A DNA stretch of 64,000 nt from Bacteroidia bacterium (lineage in GTDB: Bacteria > Bacteroidota > Bacteroidia > UBA8524), in NCBI GenBank assembly GCA_035906255.1, contig JAMIFM010000022.1, forward strand, positions 6,856 to 70,855. Reading direction: 5' to 3'. The translations under genes were made by a program, and so were the position numbers. The notes below the pieces were generated by a model. It did not search any database, was not told where the DNA came from, and saw nothing but the letters and a program-made list of their open reading frames with translations. Shown one piece after another: positions 29,642 to 40,204 of the stretch; position 1 is the stretch's first letter; every line of letters begins with the position of its first letter.

Positions 29642-30031
29642 ATGATGAGTGATAAAGTAATTATAACACCATTAACAGTATACGCCGAACATGAACGGGG
29701 CAAAACCCTATTGTTCGATAATCAACGTAAGGGTGAGTTTATTTTAGGGTACAGGATAAAGGACAGCATTAGCGGCAGGCATTACCACAAGGGGTTAGCA
29801 GATTACAAAAATCCTGAGATTTTGATACTTGTTTCAGGGAGTATTCAGTTAAAAACCATTGACTTAGAAACTAAAAATGAGCAGTTGGTCATAATAATGG
29901 AGCCGAGCCGTATTGAGATTTCAGCAATGATTTGGCATGAGGTGCTGGCACTAACTGATTGTGTATTTTTAGAAATGAACAGTATAGCCGATTGTGAGGC
30001 AGATACCCATAAATTGGAACAAACAGCATGA
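29642..30031 (+). CDS. WxcM-like (FdtA-type) cupin domain protein
   Basis: 129 aa. It has the cupin motif GRHYHK...ILVSGS...WHEV. Its stop overlaps the parC start (ATGA). Confidence 0.55.
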   Translation: MMSDKVIITPLTVYAEHERGKTLLFDNQRKGEFILGYRIKDSISGRHYHKGLADYKNPEILILVSGSIQLKTIDLETKNEQLVIIMEPSRIEISAMIWHEVLALTDCVFLEMNSIADCEADTHKLEQTA

Positions 30032-32712
30032 GTGACGAGCACATAAATAACGACGAATTACCCGAAAACGAGGAAAGTACAAGCCCTTCGGAAGAAAACG
30101 AGACCCTGCAAGGCGCATTACCCGTTAGCGGGATGTACGAAAACTGGTTTTTAGAGTACGCATCGTATGTAATCTTAGAGAGGGCAGTACCCCACGTAAA
30201 CGATGGCTTGAAACCCGTACAAAGGCGTATTCTGCATGCAATGTACGAGATGGATGATGGCCGCTACAACAAAGTGGCTAACATTATCGGGCAAACCATG
30301 CAGTACCATCCGCACGGTGATGCCTCTATCGGCGATGCACTGGTGGGGTTGGGACAAAAAGACCTTTTGATTGATACACAGGGTAATTGGGGAGATGTGC
30401 GCACCGGAGATGATGCCGCAGCCCCCCGTTATATTGAAGCAAGACTTTCTAAATTAGCGCAAGAGGTTGTATATAACCCAAAAACTACCGAATGGCAGTT
30501 AAGCTATGACGGCCGTAAACGTGAGCCTATAACGCTACCCGTAAAGTTTCCGTTACTGCTGGCACAAGGAGTTGAAGGTATTGCGGTAGGTTTGGCTACC
30601 AAAATTATGCCTCACAACTTTTGCGAGTTGTTACAAGCATCCATAAACCTGCTTAAACACAAACCTTTTGAGCTGTATCCCGACTTTCAAACAGGGGGTA
30701 TGGTAGATGTAAGTAACTACCAAAAAGGGGAGAGGGGGGGCAAAATACGTGTTAGAGCAAAGATTGAAGAAATAGATAATAAAACATTATCTATTAAGAA
30801 TATACCTTTTTCTACTACAACTAATAGTTTAATTGAAAGTATCATTAAAGCTAATGATAGCGGAAAGGTTAAAATTAAGAAAGTTATTGATAATACTGCT
30901 AAAGATGTTGAGATAGTAATTCATTTGGCTCCGGGTGTGTCGCCGGGTATAGCCATCGACGGATTGTATGCCTTTACTGATTGCGAAGTATCTATATCAC
31001 CTAACGCCTGTGTAATTGTTAACGATAAACCCGTTTTCCTTTCAGTAGATGAAATACTAAGGTTGTGCACAGAAAATACCAAGCAATTGCTGAAAAGCGA
31101 GCTTGATATACGCATGGGTGAATTGGAAGATAACTGGCATTATTCATCGCTTGAAAAGATATTCATCGAAAACCGCATCTACCGTGATATAGAAGAAGAG
31201 GAGACTTGGGAGGGGGTTTTAACCGCAATCGACAAAGGATTAAATCCTTATAAAAAGCTATTGCGCCGTGAAGTAACGCAGGAAGACATCATAAAGCTGA
31301 CCGAGATACGTATTAAGCGGATTTCTAAGTTTGATTCGTTCAAAGCCGATGAGCACATCAGAGGCTTAGAAGATGAAATGAAAGAAGTGCAGTTTAACTT
31401 AGACAACTTGGTGGATTATGCTGTGAAATACTATGAAAACTTGTTGAAGAAATTTGGCAAGGGTCGCGAACGCCAAACCGAAATACGCACTTTTGATACC
31501 ATACAGGCTAACTTGGTGGCCGTAAACAATCAAAAGCTATACGTGAACCGAGAAGAAGGCTTTGTGGGTTATGGTTTGAAGAAGGACGAATACGTGAGTG
31601 ACTGCTCAGACATTGATGATATAATTGTATTCCGCAGCGATGGTAAAATGCTGGTTACAAAAATCACCGAAAAGTCGTTTGTGGGCAAAGATATTATCCA
31701 TGTAGGCGTTTTTAGAAAAACTGATGACCGTATGGTTTTCAATATGATATATGCCGATGGTAAAACTGGAACTTCAAGGGTAAAACGGTTTAATGTGGGG
31801 GGGATTACTCGTGATAAAGAATACGATTTAACCACCGGAAAAAAGGACTCTAAAGTACTTTATTTTACTGCCAACCCTAATGGTGAAGCTGAAATTGTGA
31901 GTGTGCAGCTAAGTACGTTTTCAAAAGCTAAAAAGCTTGCCTTTGATTTTGATTTCAGCACACTGGCAGTAAAAGGACGTGGCTCACAGGGTAATATACT
32001 TAGCCGTCACTTGGTTAAAAACGTCAAGTTTAAACAAGCGGGTGTATCTACCCTCGGCGCGCAAAAAATATGGTATGATACCAGTATAGGCCGTTTGAAT
32101 ACAGACGAAAGAGGATTATATATAGGCAGTTTTGACGGAGAAGATAAGATATTAGTGGTGTTTAAAAACGGTGATTATGAGCTTACCAACTTTGAATTAA
32201 CCAACCACTACGAATCAGCCGACGTTATATTTATCCGCAAATACAATCCTAACAAGGCCGTTACGGTAGTATATTTTGACCACGAAGGGGGCAATTACTA
32301 TATCAAGCGGTTTATGATTGAAACACTAACCGTTGATAAGAAGTTTCGCTGTATTGCTGACGGGGACAAAAATTATATTGTGGCCGCTACCGATAATGCC
32401 GAGCCTGAACTGCAAATAACATACGGTAAAAAGAAAGAAGCTACCGAAGAAACACTGCAATTGGCAGAGTATGACGTGAAAGGCTGGAAAACTGTAGGCA
32501 CGAAGTTGAGCGGTAAGGACGTTACGGCCATGCAATTGATTGAAAAGGTTGAAGAAGAGGAAGAAGTTGAAGCCGAAGATGGTGACGACGGTGAGGAGGA
32601 TGGTTCTTTAACAGCCCCGACTGATGACCCTGTTTTGGATGAAATGCTTAAAAACCGCCCCAAACCACCTGCTGACGGTACTATAAAAATAGAACAAAGC
32701 AGTTTGTTTTAA
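30028..32712 (+). CDS. parC: DNA topoisomerase IV subunit A
   Basis: 894 aa. The catalytic region is GyrA/ParC-type (GLKPVQRRIL...HPHGD). The C-terminus is acidic. Confidence 0.85.
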   Translation: MSDEHINNDELPENEESTSPSEENETLQGALPVSGMYENWFLEYASYVILERAVPHVNDGLKPVQRRILHAMYEMDDGRYNKVANIIGQTMQYHPHGDASIGDALVGLGQKDLLIDTQGNWGDVRTGDDAAAPRYIEARLSKLAQEVVYNPKTTEWQLSYDGRKREPITLPVKFPLLLAQGVEGIAVGLATKIMPHNFCELLQASINLLKHKPFELYPDFQTGGMVDVSNYQKGERGGKIRVRAKIEEIDNKTLSIKNIPFSTTTNSLIESIIKANDSGKVKIKKVIDNTAKDVEIVIHLAPGVSPGIAIDGLYAFTDCEVSISPNACVIVNDKPVFLSVDEILRLCTENTKQLLKSELDIRMGELEDNWHYSSLEKIFIENRIYRDIEEEETWEGVLTAIDKGLNPYKKLLRREVTQEDIIKLTEIRIKRISKFDSFKADEHIRGLEDEMKEVQFNLDNLVDYAVKYYENLLKKFGKGRERQTEIRTFDTIQANLVAVNNQKLYVNREEGFVGYGLKKDEYVSDCSDIDDIIVFRSDGKMLVTKITEKSFVGKDIIHVGVFRKTDDRMVFNMIYADGKTGTSRVKRFNVGGITRDKEYDLTTGKKDSKVLYFTANPNGEAEIVSVQLSTFSKAKKLAFDFDFSTLAVKGRGSQGNILSRHLVKNVKFKQAGVSTLGAQKIWYDTSIGRLNTDERGLYIGSFDGEDKILVVFKNGDYELTNFELTNHYESADVIFIRKYNPNKAVTVVYFDHEGGNYYIKRFMIETLTVDKKFRCIADGDKNYIVAATDNAEPELQITYGKKKEATEETLQLAEYDVKGWKTVGTKLSGKDVTAMQLIEKVEEEEEVEAEDGDDGEEDGSLTAPTDDPVLDEMLKNRPKPPADGTIKIEQSSLF

Positions 32713-32826
32713 CAGAAAACACATACTTCCAGTGTTTTAAAACTGATTTTTTGTGATGGTTTCGTATGTATGGTTACAACCTTTATCCATAGTTTTTCGA
32801 TTAAAGGGTATAAACTAACCAATACA

Positions 32827-33519
32827 ATGAAAAAATTTTTTACTCTATCAGTAGGGCTGTGCTTTGCTATTTCAGCTTTTGCCCAAAAAGACGTTGAGAT
32901 AACGCTGATTAGCCCGAAAACAGGCGACAAAATCTATGTAATGGAGGCATTATCCCTTACTTACAGTGTTAAAAATGTAGGAGTTGATGTTCTTACAGCG
33001 ACCGACTCGATATTTGTGAATATGAAAATGGATGGTGATTATGTGCTCGGGGCGTTTTATCACAGATACGTTCCGCACAACACACTTGCTGTAGGTGATA
33101 GTGTTTTTTACACCATAAGTTTTGTGTTTACTCAGCAGGAAATTGATGATTTTCCTTTTTGTTTTGAATTGGAAACAAGCAACAACGGGCAGCCTTTTGA
33201 TTCACAATCAGCTAATAATGAAAGCTGCGCTATGATTACCGTTGATGAACGCACGGCTGCCGGTATTGAGGATGTCAAGCACAATGGAGTAAAATTATAT
33301 CCTAACCCAGCAACCAACACTATAACAATTGAAAGTTCGTTACTAAATGTATCTAAGGCAGTTATTACCGATGTTTTAGGGGCGGTGAAAACAGAAGTTG
33401 ATTATGTGACTGGCAGTAGCTTATCAGTTAACTACCTCAGCAACGGAATTTACTTTTGCCGATTGACTGACGATGCAAATAACATAGTTGGTATAATTAA
33501 ATTTATTGTAGCACGATAA
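32827..33519 (+). CDS. secreted protein with T9SS C-terminal sorting domain
   Basis: Signal peptide MKKFFTLSVGLCFAISAFAQ. The C-terminus is KLYPNPATNTITIE...IKFIVAR. The ORF-track start at 32770 is probably too far upstream. Confidence 0.6.
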   Translation: MKKFFTLSVGLCFAISAFAQKDVEITLISPKTGDKIYVMEALSLTYSVKNVGVDVLTATDSIFVNMKMDGDYVLGAFYHRYVPHNTLAVGDSVFYTISFVFTQQEIDDFPFCFELETSNNGQPFDSQSANNESCAMITVDERTAAGIEDVKHNGVKLYPNPATNTITIESSLLNVSKAVITDVLGAVKTEVDYVTGSSLSVNYLSNGIYFCRLTDDANNIVGIIKFIVAR

Positions 33520-33540
33520 AACACAACATATAGATACGAA

Positions 33541-33580
33541 AAAGCCCCATTCAAAAAAGGATGGGGCTTTTATTTTTTTG
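33541..33580. terminator. bidirectional rho-independent terminator
   Basis: A 9-bp stem (aagccccat/atggggctt) is followed by a T-run. Confidence 0.6.
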
Positions 33581-33591
33581 GCGATACTACC

Positions 33592-34815
33592 TTACAAACT
33601 TGAGCGCGAAGCAGTAGGATTAGTCATAGCATTATAATACACAAAAGGCCAATGTTGCCACCATTCCTGCATTAGCGAATTAGTGGGCACATTTGCGTCA
33701 TTGTTGCCGGGGAAAAGGCTGGCAGGTAAAGTGCTACCTTCATACACCACAGGAAATTCTCCTTGTACCACATAAGAATTACCAACGTGTACATAATTAA
33801 AGTTAGGGAAACCGTTGGGGAACAATTCTTTCAGTTTTTCGGCCAAGTCTGCTATAAATGCGGGAGGTTTTATAGGTAACAGGGCTTTAATCATACTTGG
33901 ATTGTTCAAATCGTTTATCCACTCAATGGTTGGTGGTATTTGGGGCACGGTATCCAAGTTGTTTACCACACGGTAAATCATGTTGCTTTTAGTTAAGCCG
34001 TTGTCAAAGTTATTAGCAAGCGCATCATTAGCCCATTTGGGTGAGGCAAATGTATATGTTTTAAGGTTCACGGTAGTGATACCCGCAGCTTGCAATCCTC
34101 CGGCCTGTACCCAAGCCGAGAAAACGCCTGCCATTGCAGCACCCAAACTGTGTCCTGTTACAAACAAGTTAATACTGCTTTTGCCCAACGCTTGGAAAGA
34201 CTCAATAAGGTTATGTAATGACCCGTTTGGAGCCTTCACTGTATATTCTTCAACAGCAACACGGAAACCGAAGTGCATGCAAGGCTCAATCACAGGAGGT
34301 TGTTTAGGGTCGGCAGGTTGGTTGTAATAGTCAGGGTTTACAATATAGGTGGCCGAACTGTTATAAAATGAGTAATCAAGCGGCCCAGCAGGTACAGGAA
34401 CAAACGAAACGTCTTCTAAAACGCCTGTTAGATTTTCGGTTCCGGCAAAGGCAACTGCATACGCATCTAACGATTCGTTGTAGGTAACAATCACATTGTT
34501 AGAACCAAATTTAAGATTGGCAATAATAGGAGGGATGTTAGCTGGGGCAGCTTGCAAAATTGAGCGGTGCCAAACATTATATAACAAAGTATCCCAAACG
34601 GGGAAACCGGGAGTCCAGCCTGATGGCCAAATAGGGTCAACGGGATAGGGGTGAACGGTTCCATTGTCATCCGGAATAGGATTGTTACGGTTGTTTGCAG
34701 GTTTTGTTACAATAAAACCTTTTCCGTCAGGGTTTTTGTGCGAGCCAAGTATATCGGCTGCATACGATAGCGCCAGCATTTGCTGTGCTTCCGTTAAATT
34801 AAAATTCGGTTGCAT
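33592..34815 (-). CDS. lipase class 3 (alpha/beta-hydrolase) family protein
   Basis: 407 aa. It has a GHSLGAA nucleophile elbow. No signal peptide. Confidence 0.65.
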   Translation of the reverse strand: MQPNFNLTEAQQMLALSYAADILGSHKNPDGKGFIVTKPANNRNNPIPDDNGTVHPYPVDPIWPSGWTPGFPVWDTLLYNVWHRSILQAAPANIPPIIANLKFGSNNVIVTYNESLDAYAVAFAGTENLTGVLEDVSFVPVPAGPLDYSFYNSSATYIVNPDYYNQPADPKQPPVIEPCMHFGFRVAVEEYTVKAPNGSLHNLIESFQALGKSSINLFVTGHSLGAAMAGVFSAWVQAGGLQAAGITTVNLKTYTFASPKWANDALANNFDNGLTKSNMIYRVVNNLDTVPQIPPTIEWINDLNNPSMIKALLPIKPPAFIADLAEKLKELFPNGFPNFNYVHVGNSYVVQGEFPVVYEGSTLPASLFPGNNDANVPTNSLMQEWWQHWPFVYYNAMTNPTASRSSL

Positions 34816-34928
34816 TTGAATGTGTGAGGTTTAGTTAGTTAAATATGTGCAATTTGACATTACGCAATCGCTGTAGTCAGTTGCTAAATTATAACAAAAC
34901 CCTCTACGCACAATAACCTTATTGTAAA

Positions 34929-36032
34929 TTATTTATATTGCTCATTCACACGGTTTTGGTCGTAAATTCTACCGTCAAGCAATGCTGAATATTTCTTTGC
35001 TTTTTTGCTGCCATATTCTACGTAGGCTTTATTTGCCCACAGTTTAGCATCGTCAAGATTTCCTAATACCTCATTGGCTACTGCAATGTTATAACATATA
35101 CGGGCGGCGTCTTTATCGCCAATGCTTTGTAATAGCGAACCTTTCCATGTCTCAAGTGCCGCAGCCCAATCGTTTACTTCTGCCTGTTTGCTTCCTGTTG
35201 CTACTGAGGCCACGTGCTTACTCTTTTTATAATACTTTCGAGTAAGTGTAATTGGCATCGGTGCAATTTTGTATGCGTATGAGTTTCCTGCCAACTGGCT
35301 TACATACCTTGCCGCATCAGATTTAGCGATTAGTTTTGTTAAAGCATCCTGTACGCTGTTACCTGTGGTTTCCCAAGTATTGCTTTGGGTAATCAATTGT
35401 TGGTCTAATATGGCTTTTTCAACAGGGTCATATATTCTAAATCCTATGGTAACATTGCCTACACCTTTGGCATAAAACTCATTGGTTTCAACGGTCTTTT
35501 TCACACCATTTTCTGTAATTTCTTTCTTCACCAATCGCTTACCATCGGTAACAATAAAATCGGTATCATAAATCTCAATCGCCATCACAGCGTTTGTATG
35601 GTATTTGCTGCAAAGGTTTTCAATATCACCCCAACTGATAGGTTCAGGAAAAGCCCTGCTGATACTGTTTCCCGGGAAAATCTCAGCAGCATTTTTCACT
35701 ACATACCTGTTTGAGAAATTGATGGTGCTTTGAAAAGCGTTGATAGCAGCTTGGGTTCCTGCGCGGTCTTCCCCGGGCAATTCACCTGTTAAAAGACCTT
35801 CAATAATACCTACTGCCTGAGAATTAAAATAAGTGCGGTTGAGGATGAGCAGCGTATCAACGTGTGAGGGTAGGGTTACATCAGCGGGACGTGTAGCTTT
35901 GATGCTAACGGTACGCATACTGCATGATGATAGGGTAATTGCAACGACAATGGATGCAGTTACTAAAAAGCGGTAAATGTTTAAGCTATACATAGTTTGT
36001 GTTTTGTATAGCTTAAACATTATTGATGCCAA
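34929..36032 (-). CDS. lipoprotein with C-terminal TPR-like helices
   Basis: The lipobox LSSC follows the internal Met (MYSLNIYRF..., about 35993). A TPR-like region lies at the C-terminus. Confidence 0.45.
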   Translation of the reverse strand: MASIMFKLYKTQTMYSLNIYRFLVTASIVVAITLSSCSMRTVSIKATRPADVTLPSHVDTLLILNRTYFNSQAVGIIEGLLTGELPGEDRAGTQAAINAFQSTINFSNRYVVKNAAEIFPGNSISRAFPEPISWGDIENLCSKYHTNAVMAIEIYDTDFIVTDGKRLVKKEITENGVKKTVETNEFYAKGVGNVTIGFRIYDPVEKAILDQQLITQSNTWETTGNSVQDALTKLIAKSDAARYVSQLAGNSYAYKIAPMPITLTRKYYKKSKHVASVATGSKQAEVNDWAAALETWKGSLLQSIGDKDAARICYNIAVANEVLGNLDDAKLWANKAYVEYGSKKAKKYSALLDGRIYDQNRVNEQYK

Positions 36033-36033
36033 A

Positions 36034-37284
36034 TTATTCTTTGGGTGCAGAGGTAGCGTATTTACGCAAAGGCCTTATTAATAATGCGGTACTTATAAAA
36101 GTTAATACGGCACCTACAATAAATGCAGCTCCCGGAAAAACAAACGGAGTATCTTTTCCTGTGAAGTAATTAAAAACACCGTTCATTAATACAGGGCCGA
36201 TAATGGCTGATAAACTCATCAACGAAGTTAGAGTACCTTGCAATTCTCCTTGCTCATTAAGCGGTACTTGGGCACTTACCACACTTTGCAGCGCAGGACC
36301 GGCAATGCCACCTAAACAATACGGTGCTAAAAAGGCAAACATCATCCAGCCTGCATTGGCAAAGCCAAAGCCTACCAATCCTACACCGTACAATATAAAA
36401 CCAATAAATATGCTGGTTTTAAGCCCCCATTTGGGTAGTATAATTCGTATTAACCCACCCTGAACAATAGCAACTAAAATACCTACTACAGCCAACGACC
36501 AACCTATATCAGCTTTAGACCAATCAAAACGGTACTTGGTGTAAAACGTCCAGTTAGATTGTACGGCATGAGCAGCCACATAAATACACAAAAAGGCAAA
36601 TAGCATACTTTGCAGTACAGGAAATTTTTTAAGGTTAAAAAGTGTGCTAAAAGGGTTTGATTGCGCAATGCTAAACGTTCTGCGTTTTTCTTTAGGTAAT
36701 GATTCGGGAAGGATAAAATATCCGTACAATACGTTTAATAAGCTAAGCACCGCAGCGGCATAAAAAGGCATACGGGTTCCGAAATGGTCGCCCAACCAAC
36801 CGCCCAGCGCAGGCCCGATAATAAACCCTACACCAAAAGCAACGCCTACCATACCAAAGTTTTGGGCACGGTTTTCATTCGTGCTAATATCAGCAATATA
36901 GGCATTTGCTGTTGTAAAACTCGCTCCAAAAACACCTGCCAAAATACGGCCTGCAAACAGCCAAGCTATAGTAGGGGCAAAGGCACTTAACAAATAATCG
37001 ATGCCGAGACCTAATAAAGAAAGTAGTAACACAGGCCTACGTCCATATTTATCGCTAAGTGCTCCCAAGATGGGTGAGCATAAAAATTGCATCAAAGCAA
37101 AAGAAGCCATTAGTAAGCCCCCGATACCCGATGCTTCATTCACTTCTTTTCCGGTCAGTTCTTTTAATAAATCAGGAATAATTGGAATGATAATGCCAAA
37201 ACCGATTACATCAATTAATACGGTGGCAAAAATGAACCCCATCGACGCAGCGCGTTTGGAGTTGTTGTTTTGGGTTGTTTCCAT
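36034..37284 (-). CDS. MFS efflux transporter, TCR/Tet family
   Basis: TetA-like motifs GxLSDRxGRRPVLL are present. The start is taken at METTQNN. Confidence 0.7.
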   Translation of the reverse strand: METTQNNNSKRAASMGFIFATVLIDVIGFGIIIPIIPDLLKELTGKEVNEASGIGGLLMASFALMQFLCSPILGALSDKYGRRPVLLLSLLGLGIDYLLSAFAPTIAWLFAGRILAGVFGASFTTANAYIADISTNENRAQNFGMVGVAFGVGFIIGPALGGWLGDHFGTRMPFYAAAVLSLLNVLYGYFILPESLPKEKRRTFSIAQSNPFSTLFNLKKFPVLQSMLFAFLCIYVAAHAVQSNWTFYTKYRFDWSKADIGWSLAVVGILVAIVQGGLIRIILPKWGLKTSIFIGFILYGVGLVGFGFANAGWMMFAFLAPYCLGGIAGPALQSVVSAQVPLNEQGELQGTLTSLMSLSAIIGPVLMNGVFNYFTGKDTPFVFPGAAFIVGAVLTFISTALLIRPLRKYATSAPKE

Positions 37285-37413
37285 AGTTTGGTAGTTGACG
37301 TGCGAAAATAGGAAAGCCCGCCTACATAGCAACTCTTACAATGTGATATTTTTAAAAAAATTGCGGCACAAGAAAACATCCTGTGCCGCATATAAGTAAT
37401 TAATAAACAATAC

Positions 37414-39057
37414 CTATTGTGTCTGTTTTGATTGTTGCGTAGCGTTGATTTTGGGCAATGTGTTTGGCCAAAAAATGCTGTTTGGCATGGTTCCCAACTC
37501 ATCCATCACTAGGGTTAGCTTTTTGTGCAAACGCTCCCATTCAATATTTGATGCAGGGGTAGCGTATGCGGGGTTGGCTAAGTTATATACTTCTTCAGGG
37601 TCGGCATCAGGCGCAATATTGTATAACTCGTATTCTGTGGGTTTGCCTTTGTTCGGGTCAAAATACACCGCGTACTTCCAGTCTTTTTCTACAATAGCCC
37701 GTATATGTCCTGCGGCCGGCACAGGGAAGTACATATCATCGTATGTATAATGTATATAATCCTGCACCGTAGCATTGGGGTTTTTAATAATAGGAGTGAG
37801 GTCTTTACCTTTAAAATACCACTTCTTACGATTTTCGCCTTCAATCCCCACAATAGAGGCAAGTGTGGGCATTATATCAATTAAACTCGCAAGCGATTCA
37901 GTTTCCTGAGGTTCAGGAAAAAGTTTAGGGTTTGAGATAATAAAAGGCACTTGCAGCGTCTCTTTGTACATATTGTACATTTTTTGGCGTTGATACCCGT
38001 GCGATACTTTCATATCGCCGTGGTCGCTAATCCTTATTATTACCGTATCATCTGTTAACCCTTTTTTATCCAACGCTTCCAACACTGCATTCAATTGCTT
38101 ATCCACCATGCTGTTCAGGTATGAATAGAATTGCAGGTATTCTGTTTGCGCCTGTTCATGGGCAAGGCTGCCGTTGGTAATGTTGCAAAAATCCCTCCAC
38201 TGCCTTTGAGCCTGTGGTTTGGTAGATAAATCTTCATCAACGGTAGAGGGCAATACTACCGGAATGGTATTAAAATCCTCAAGTTTATAGCCACCCCGCA
38301 CATAATTAGGTTCCTCGCCTTGTGCCTTCATTTTGGCATTAGTACCCGGATAGGATAACACATCGTGCGGGTTTACCAATGAAACAATAAGGCAAAAGGG
38401 CTTATCCGTTTCAGGATTGTATTTTTCAAAGAAAGACAACACGCTTTCTTCGTATAACTTCTCTTTGGGTTGGGGACCGTATAAAGCAGCTTCCCCGTTT
38501 CCGCTCACAAAACGGCCGTCGTTGTTTACCGTGCCGCCACCAAAGTTAGCAATGTTCATATTGTCGCCCGCATCAGGAGCATTCCAAGCATTAAAACCCC
38601 AGCGTTCACTAATATGCTTCACATCTTCGGCTGTCCAATACAATTGATTAATCCCCAATTCTTCATCAACAATATAGTTAACGGGCTTTGTTAAGTGCCA
38701 TTTGCCTTTAAAAACAACATCATAGCCTGCTGATGCCATCATTTTACCCATATTCGGCAAATTGCTCGACATCATTACCTGCATTTGTTGTTTCACTGCG
38801 TTACTTCCATCGGGGTCATCAAATTCCAATACCTGTATTACTCCGTGTTGAGCAGGGTATAATCCTGTAAATAAGGTAACACGACTGGGTGAACATGTGC
38901 AAGAATTGATAGTACCGCGTTTAAAGGTAAGGCCGTTCTTTTTAAGCCTGTGCATTGCAGGGAAGTTGGCAGCACCCCATTCTTCAGTCCACGAGGGGAC
39001 AGCACTTTGCTGGTCGGTAATTAAGAACAGGATGTTTGGTTTTTTTGATAGTGTCAT
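37414..39057 (-). CDS. sulfatase (formylglycine-dependent)
   Basis: 547 aa. The signature is CTCSPSR with downstream GLYP. No N-terminal signal peptide is apparent. Confidence 0.75.
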   Translation of the reverse strand: MTLSKKPNILFLITDQQSAVPSWTEEWGAANFPAMHRLKKNGLTFKRGTINSCTCSPSRVTLFTGLYPAQHGVIQVLEFDDPDGSNAVKQQMQVMMSSNLPNMGKMMASAGYDVVFKGKWHLTKPVNYIVDEELGINQLYWTAEDVKHISERWGFNAWNAPDAGDNMNIANFGGGTVNNDGRFVSGNGEAALYGPQPKEKLYEESVLSFFEKYNPETDKPFCLIVSLVNPHDVLSYPGTNAKMKAQGEEPNYVRGGYKLEDFNTIPVVLPSTVDEDLSTKPQAQRQWRDFCNITNGSLAHEQAQTEYLQFYSYLNSMVDKQLNAVLEALDKKGLTDDTVIIRISDHGDMKVSHGYQRQKMYNMYKETLQVPFIISNPKLFPEPQETESLASLIDIMPTLASIVGIEGENRKKWYFKGKDLTPIIKNPNATVQDYIHYTYDDMYFPVPAAGHIRAIVEKDWKYAVYFDPNKGKPTEYELYNIAPDADPEEVYNLANPAYATPASNIEWERLHKKLTLVMDELGTMPNSIFWPNTLPKINATQQSKQTQ

Positions 39058-39225
39058 AATTGATAGTATTAAGAAACATACAATATATAACGATGCTTAG
39101 CAAAACAGATTACCTCTTTGTAAAATCAATTGCAATAAATAAAAATAAAGTGTGTTAAATAATTGTATTACAAGTGTTTAAATGAACCATAAATTAATAT
39201 GTGCTGAAATATTCTTTAAAATGTT

Positions 39226-39270
39226 TTGTAGCTAAATAGCTACACTTATATTTGTAGTCATTTAGCTACG
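39226..39270. promoter_or_regulatory. triple GTAGCTAAAT inverted-repeat operator candidate upstream of the first ArsR
   Basis: The palindrome is gtagctaaatagctac, followed by gtagtcatttagctac. It abuts the start codon. Confidence 0.45.
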
Positions 39271-39272
39271 CA

Positions 39273-39599
39273 ATGAACCTAAGAAGAGATGTTTTTCAGG
39301 CTATAGCCGACCCTACAAGGCGGTCGATATTAATATTACTTGCTTCTCAAACAATGACAGCAGGGGCAATTGCCGAAAAATTTAATACTGCCCGGCCAAC
39401 CATATCAAAACATATACAAATTCTCACGCAATGCGGGTTGGTTGATTCGAACCAGCAAGGTAGGGAAATACATTACCACCTTAGATTGGATAAACTTAAC
39501 GAAGTTGATATATGGGTTGAACAAATAAAAAAGATTTGGGAACAGAGGTTTGATGACCTTGATAAGTACTTAGAGCAAATCCAGTCAAAAGCAAAATAA
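39273..39599 (+). CDS. ArsR/SmtB family transcriptional regulator
   Basis: 108 aa. Wing-helix signature [13 protein letters not shown]...ISKHIQIL. Confidence 0.8.
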   Translation: MNLRRDVFQAIADPTRRSILILLASQTMTAGAIAEKFNTARPTISKHIQILTQCGLVDSNQQGREIHYHLRLDKLNEVDIWVEQIKKIWEQRFDDLDKYLEQIQSKAK

Positions 39600-39605
39600 T
39601 ACACT

Positions 39606-40049
39606 ATGGAAAACAGAGAAATTAGAATTACACGGGTGTTTAAAGCACCAATTGAACTTATGTGGGATGTGTGGTCAAAACCTGAGCATATTGCTAATTG
39701 GTGGGGGCCCAACGGTTTTACAAACACAATACACAAAATGGAGTTTAAAGAAGAAGGGGAGTGGACACTAACTATGCATGGGCCTGACGGAACTAACTAT
39801 CCAAACAGGATTGTGTACAAAGAAATTGTACAGCATAAGAAGATTGTGTTTGAACATTTTTACCCGTACTTTTTTACAACGGTTATTTTTGAAGCAAGGG
39901 GTGAAGAAACCTACATTGACTGGACAATGGAGTTTAATACTGCTGAAATGAAAGAGATAATTATTAAAGCACACAAAGCAGATGAGGGTCAAAAACAAAA
40001 CCTCGACAAGCTGGGTGAGTATCTTAACGGCGTAGCTATAGATAGCTAA
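39606..40049 (+). CDS. SRPBCC (AHSA1-like) domain protein
   Basis: 147 aa. It begins ITRVFKAPIELMWDVWSKPEH..WWGP. Confidence 0.7.
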   Translation: MENREIRITRVFKAPIELMWDVWSKPEHIANWWGPNGFTNTIHKMEFKEEGEWTLTMHGPDGTNYPNRIVYKEIVQHKKIVFEHFYPYFFTTVIFEARGEETYIDWTMEFNTAEMKEIIIKAHKADEGQKQNLDKLGEYLNGVAIDS

Positions 40050-40160
40050 TAGGTTATTGTTATATAAATTTAAAAGGGTTTGAGGGATTGCCTTCAAACC
40101 CTTTTTATTTATGCTACTCATTATCAATGGAGTTAGACAAATAATATGAGATTTTCTTGC

Positions 40161-40204
40161 GCAGTTAAGTGACTGCATTTATATTTGCAGTCAAATAACT
40201 GCAT
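40161..40204. promoter_or_regulatory. overlapping GCAGT-N-ACTGC palindromes upstream of the second ArsR
   Basis: tgactgcatttatatttgcagtca plus flanking gcagt/actgc arms. It shares TTATATTTG with the first ArsR operator region. Confidence 0.45.

Noticed and set aside
30731-30740. G7 homopolymer (agaggggggg) inside parC
   Set aside because: It encodes Glu-Arg-Gly-Gly in frame within an essential gene. Phase variation is implausible here.
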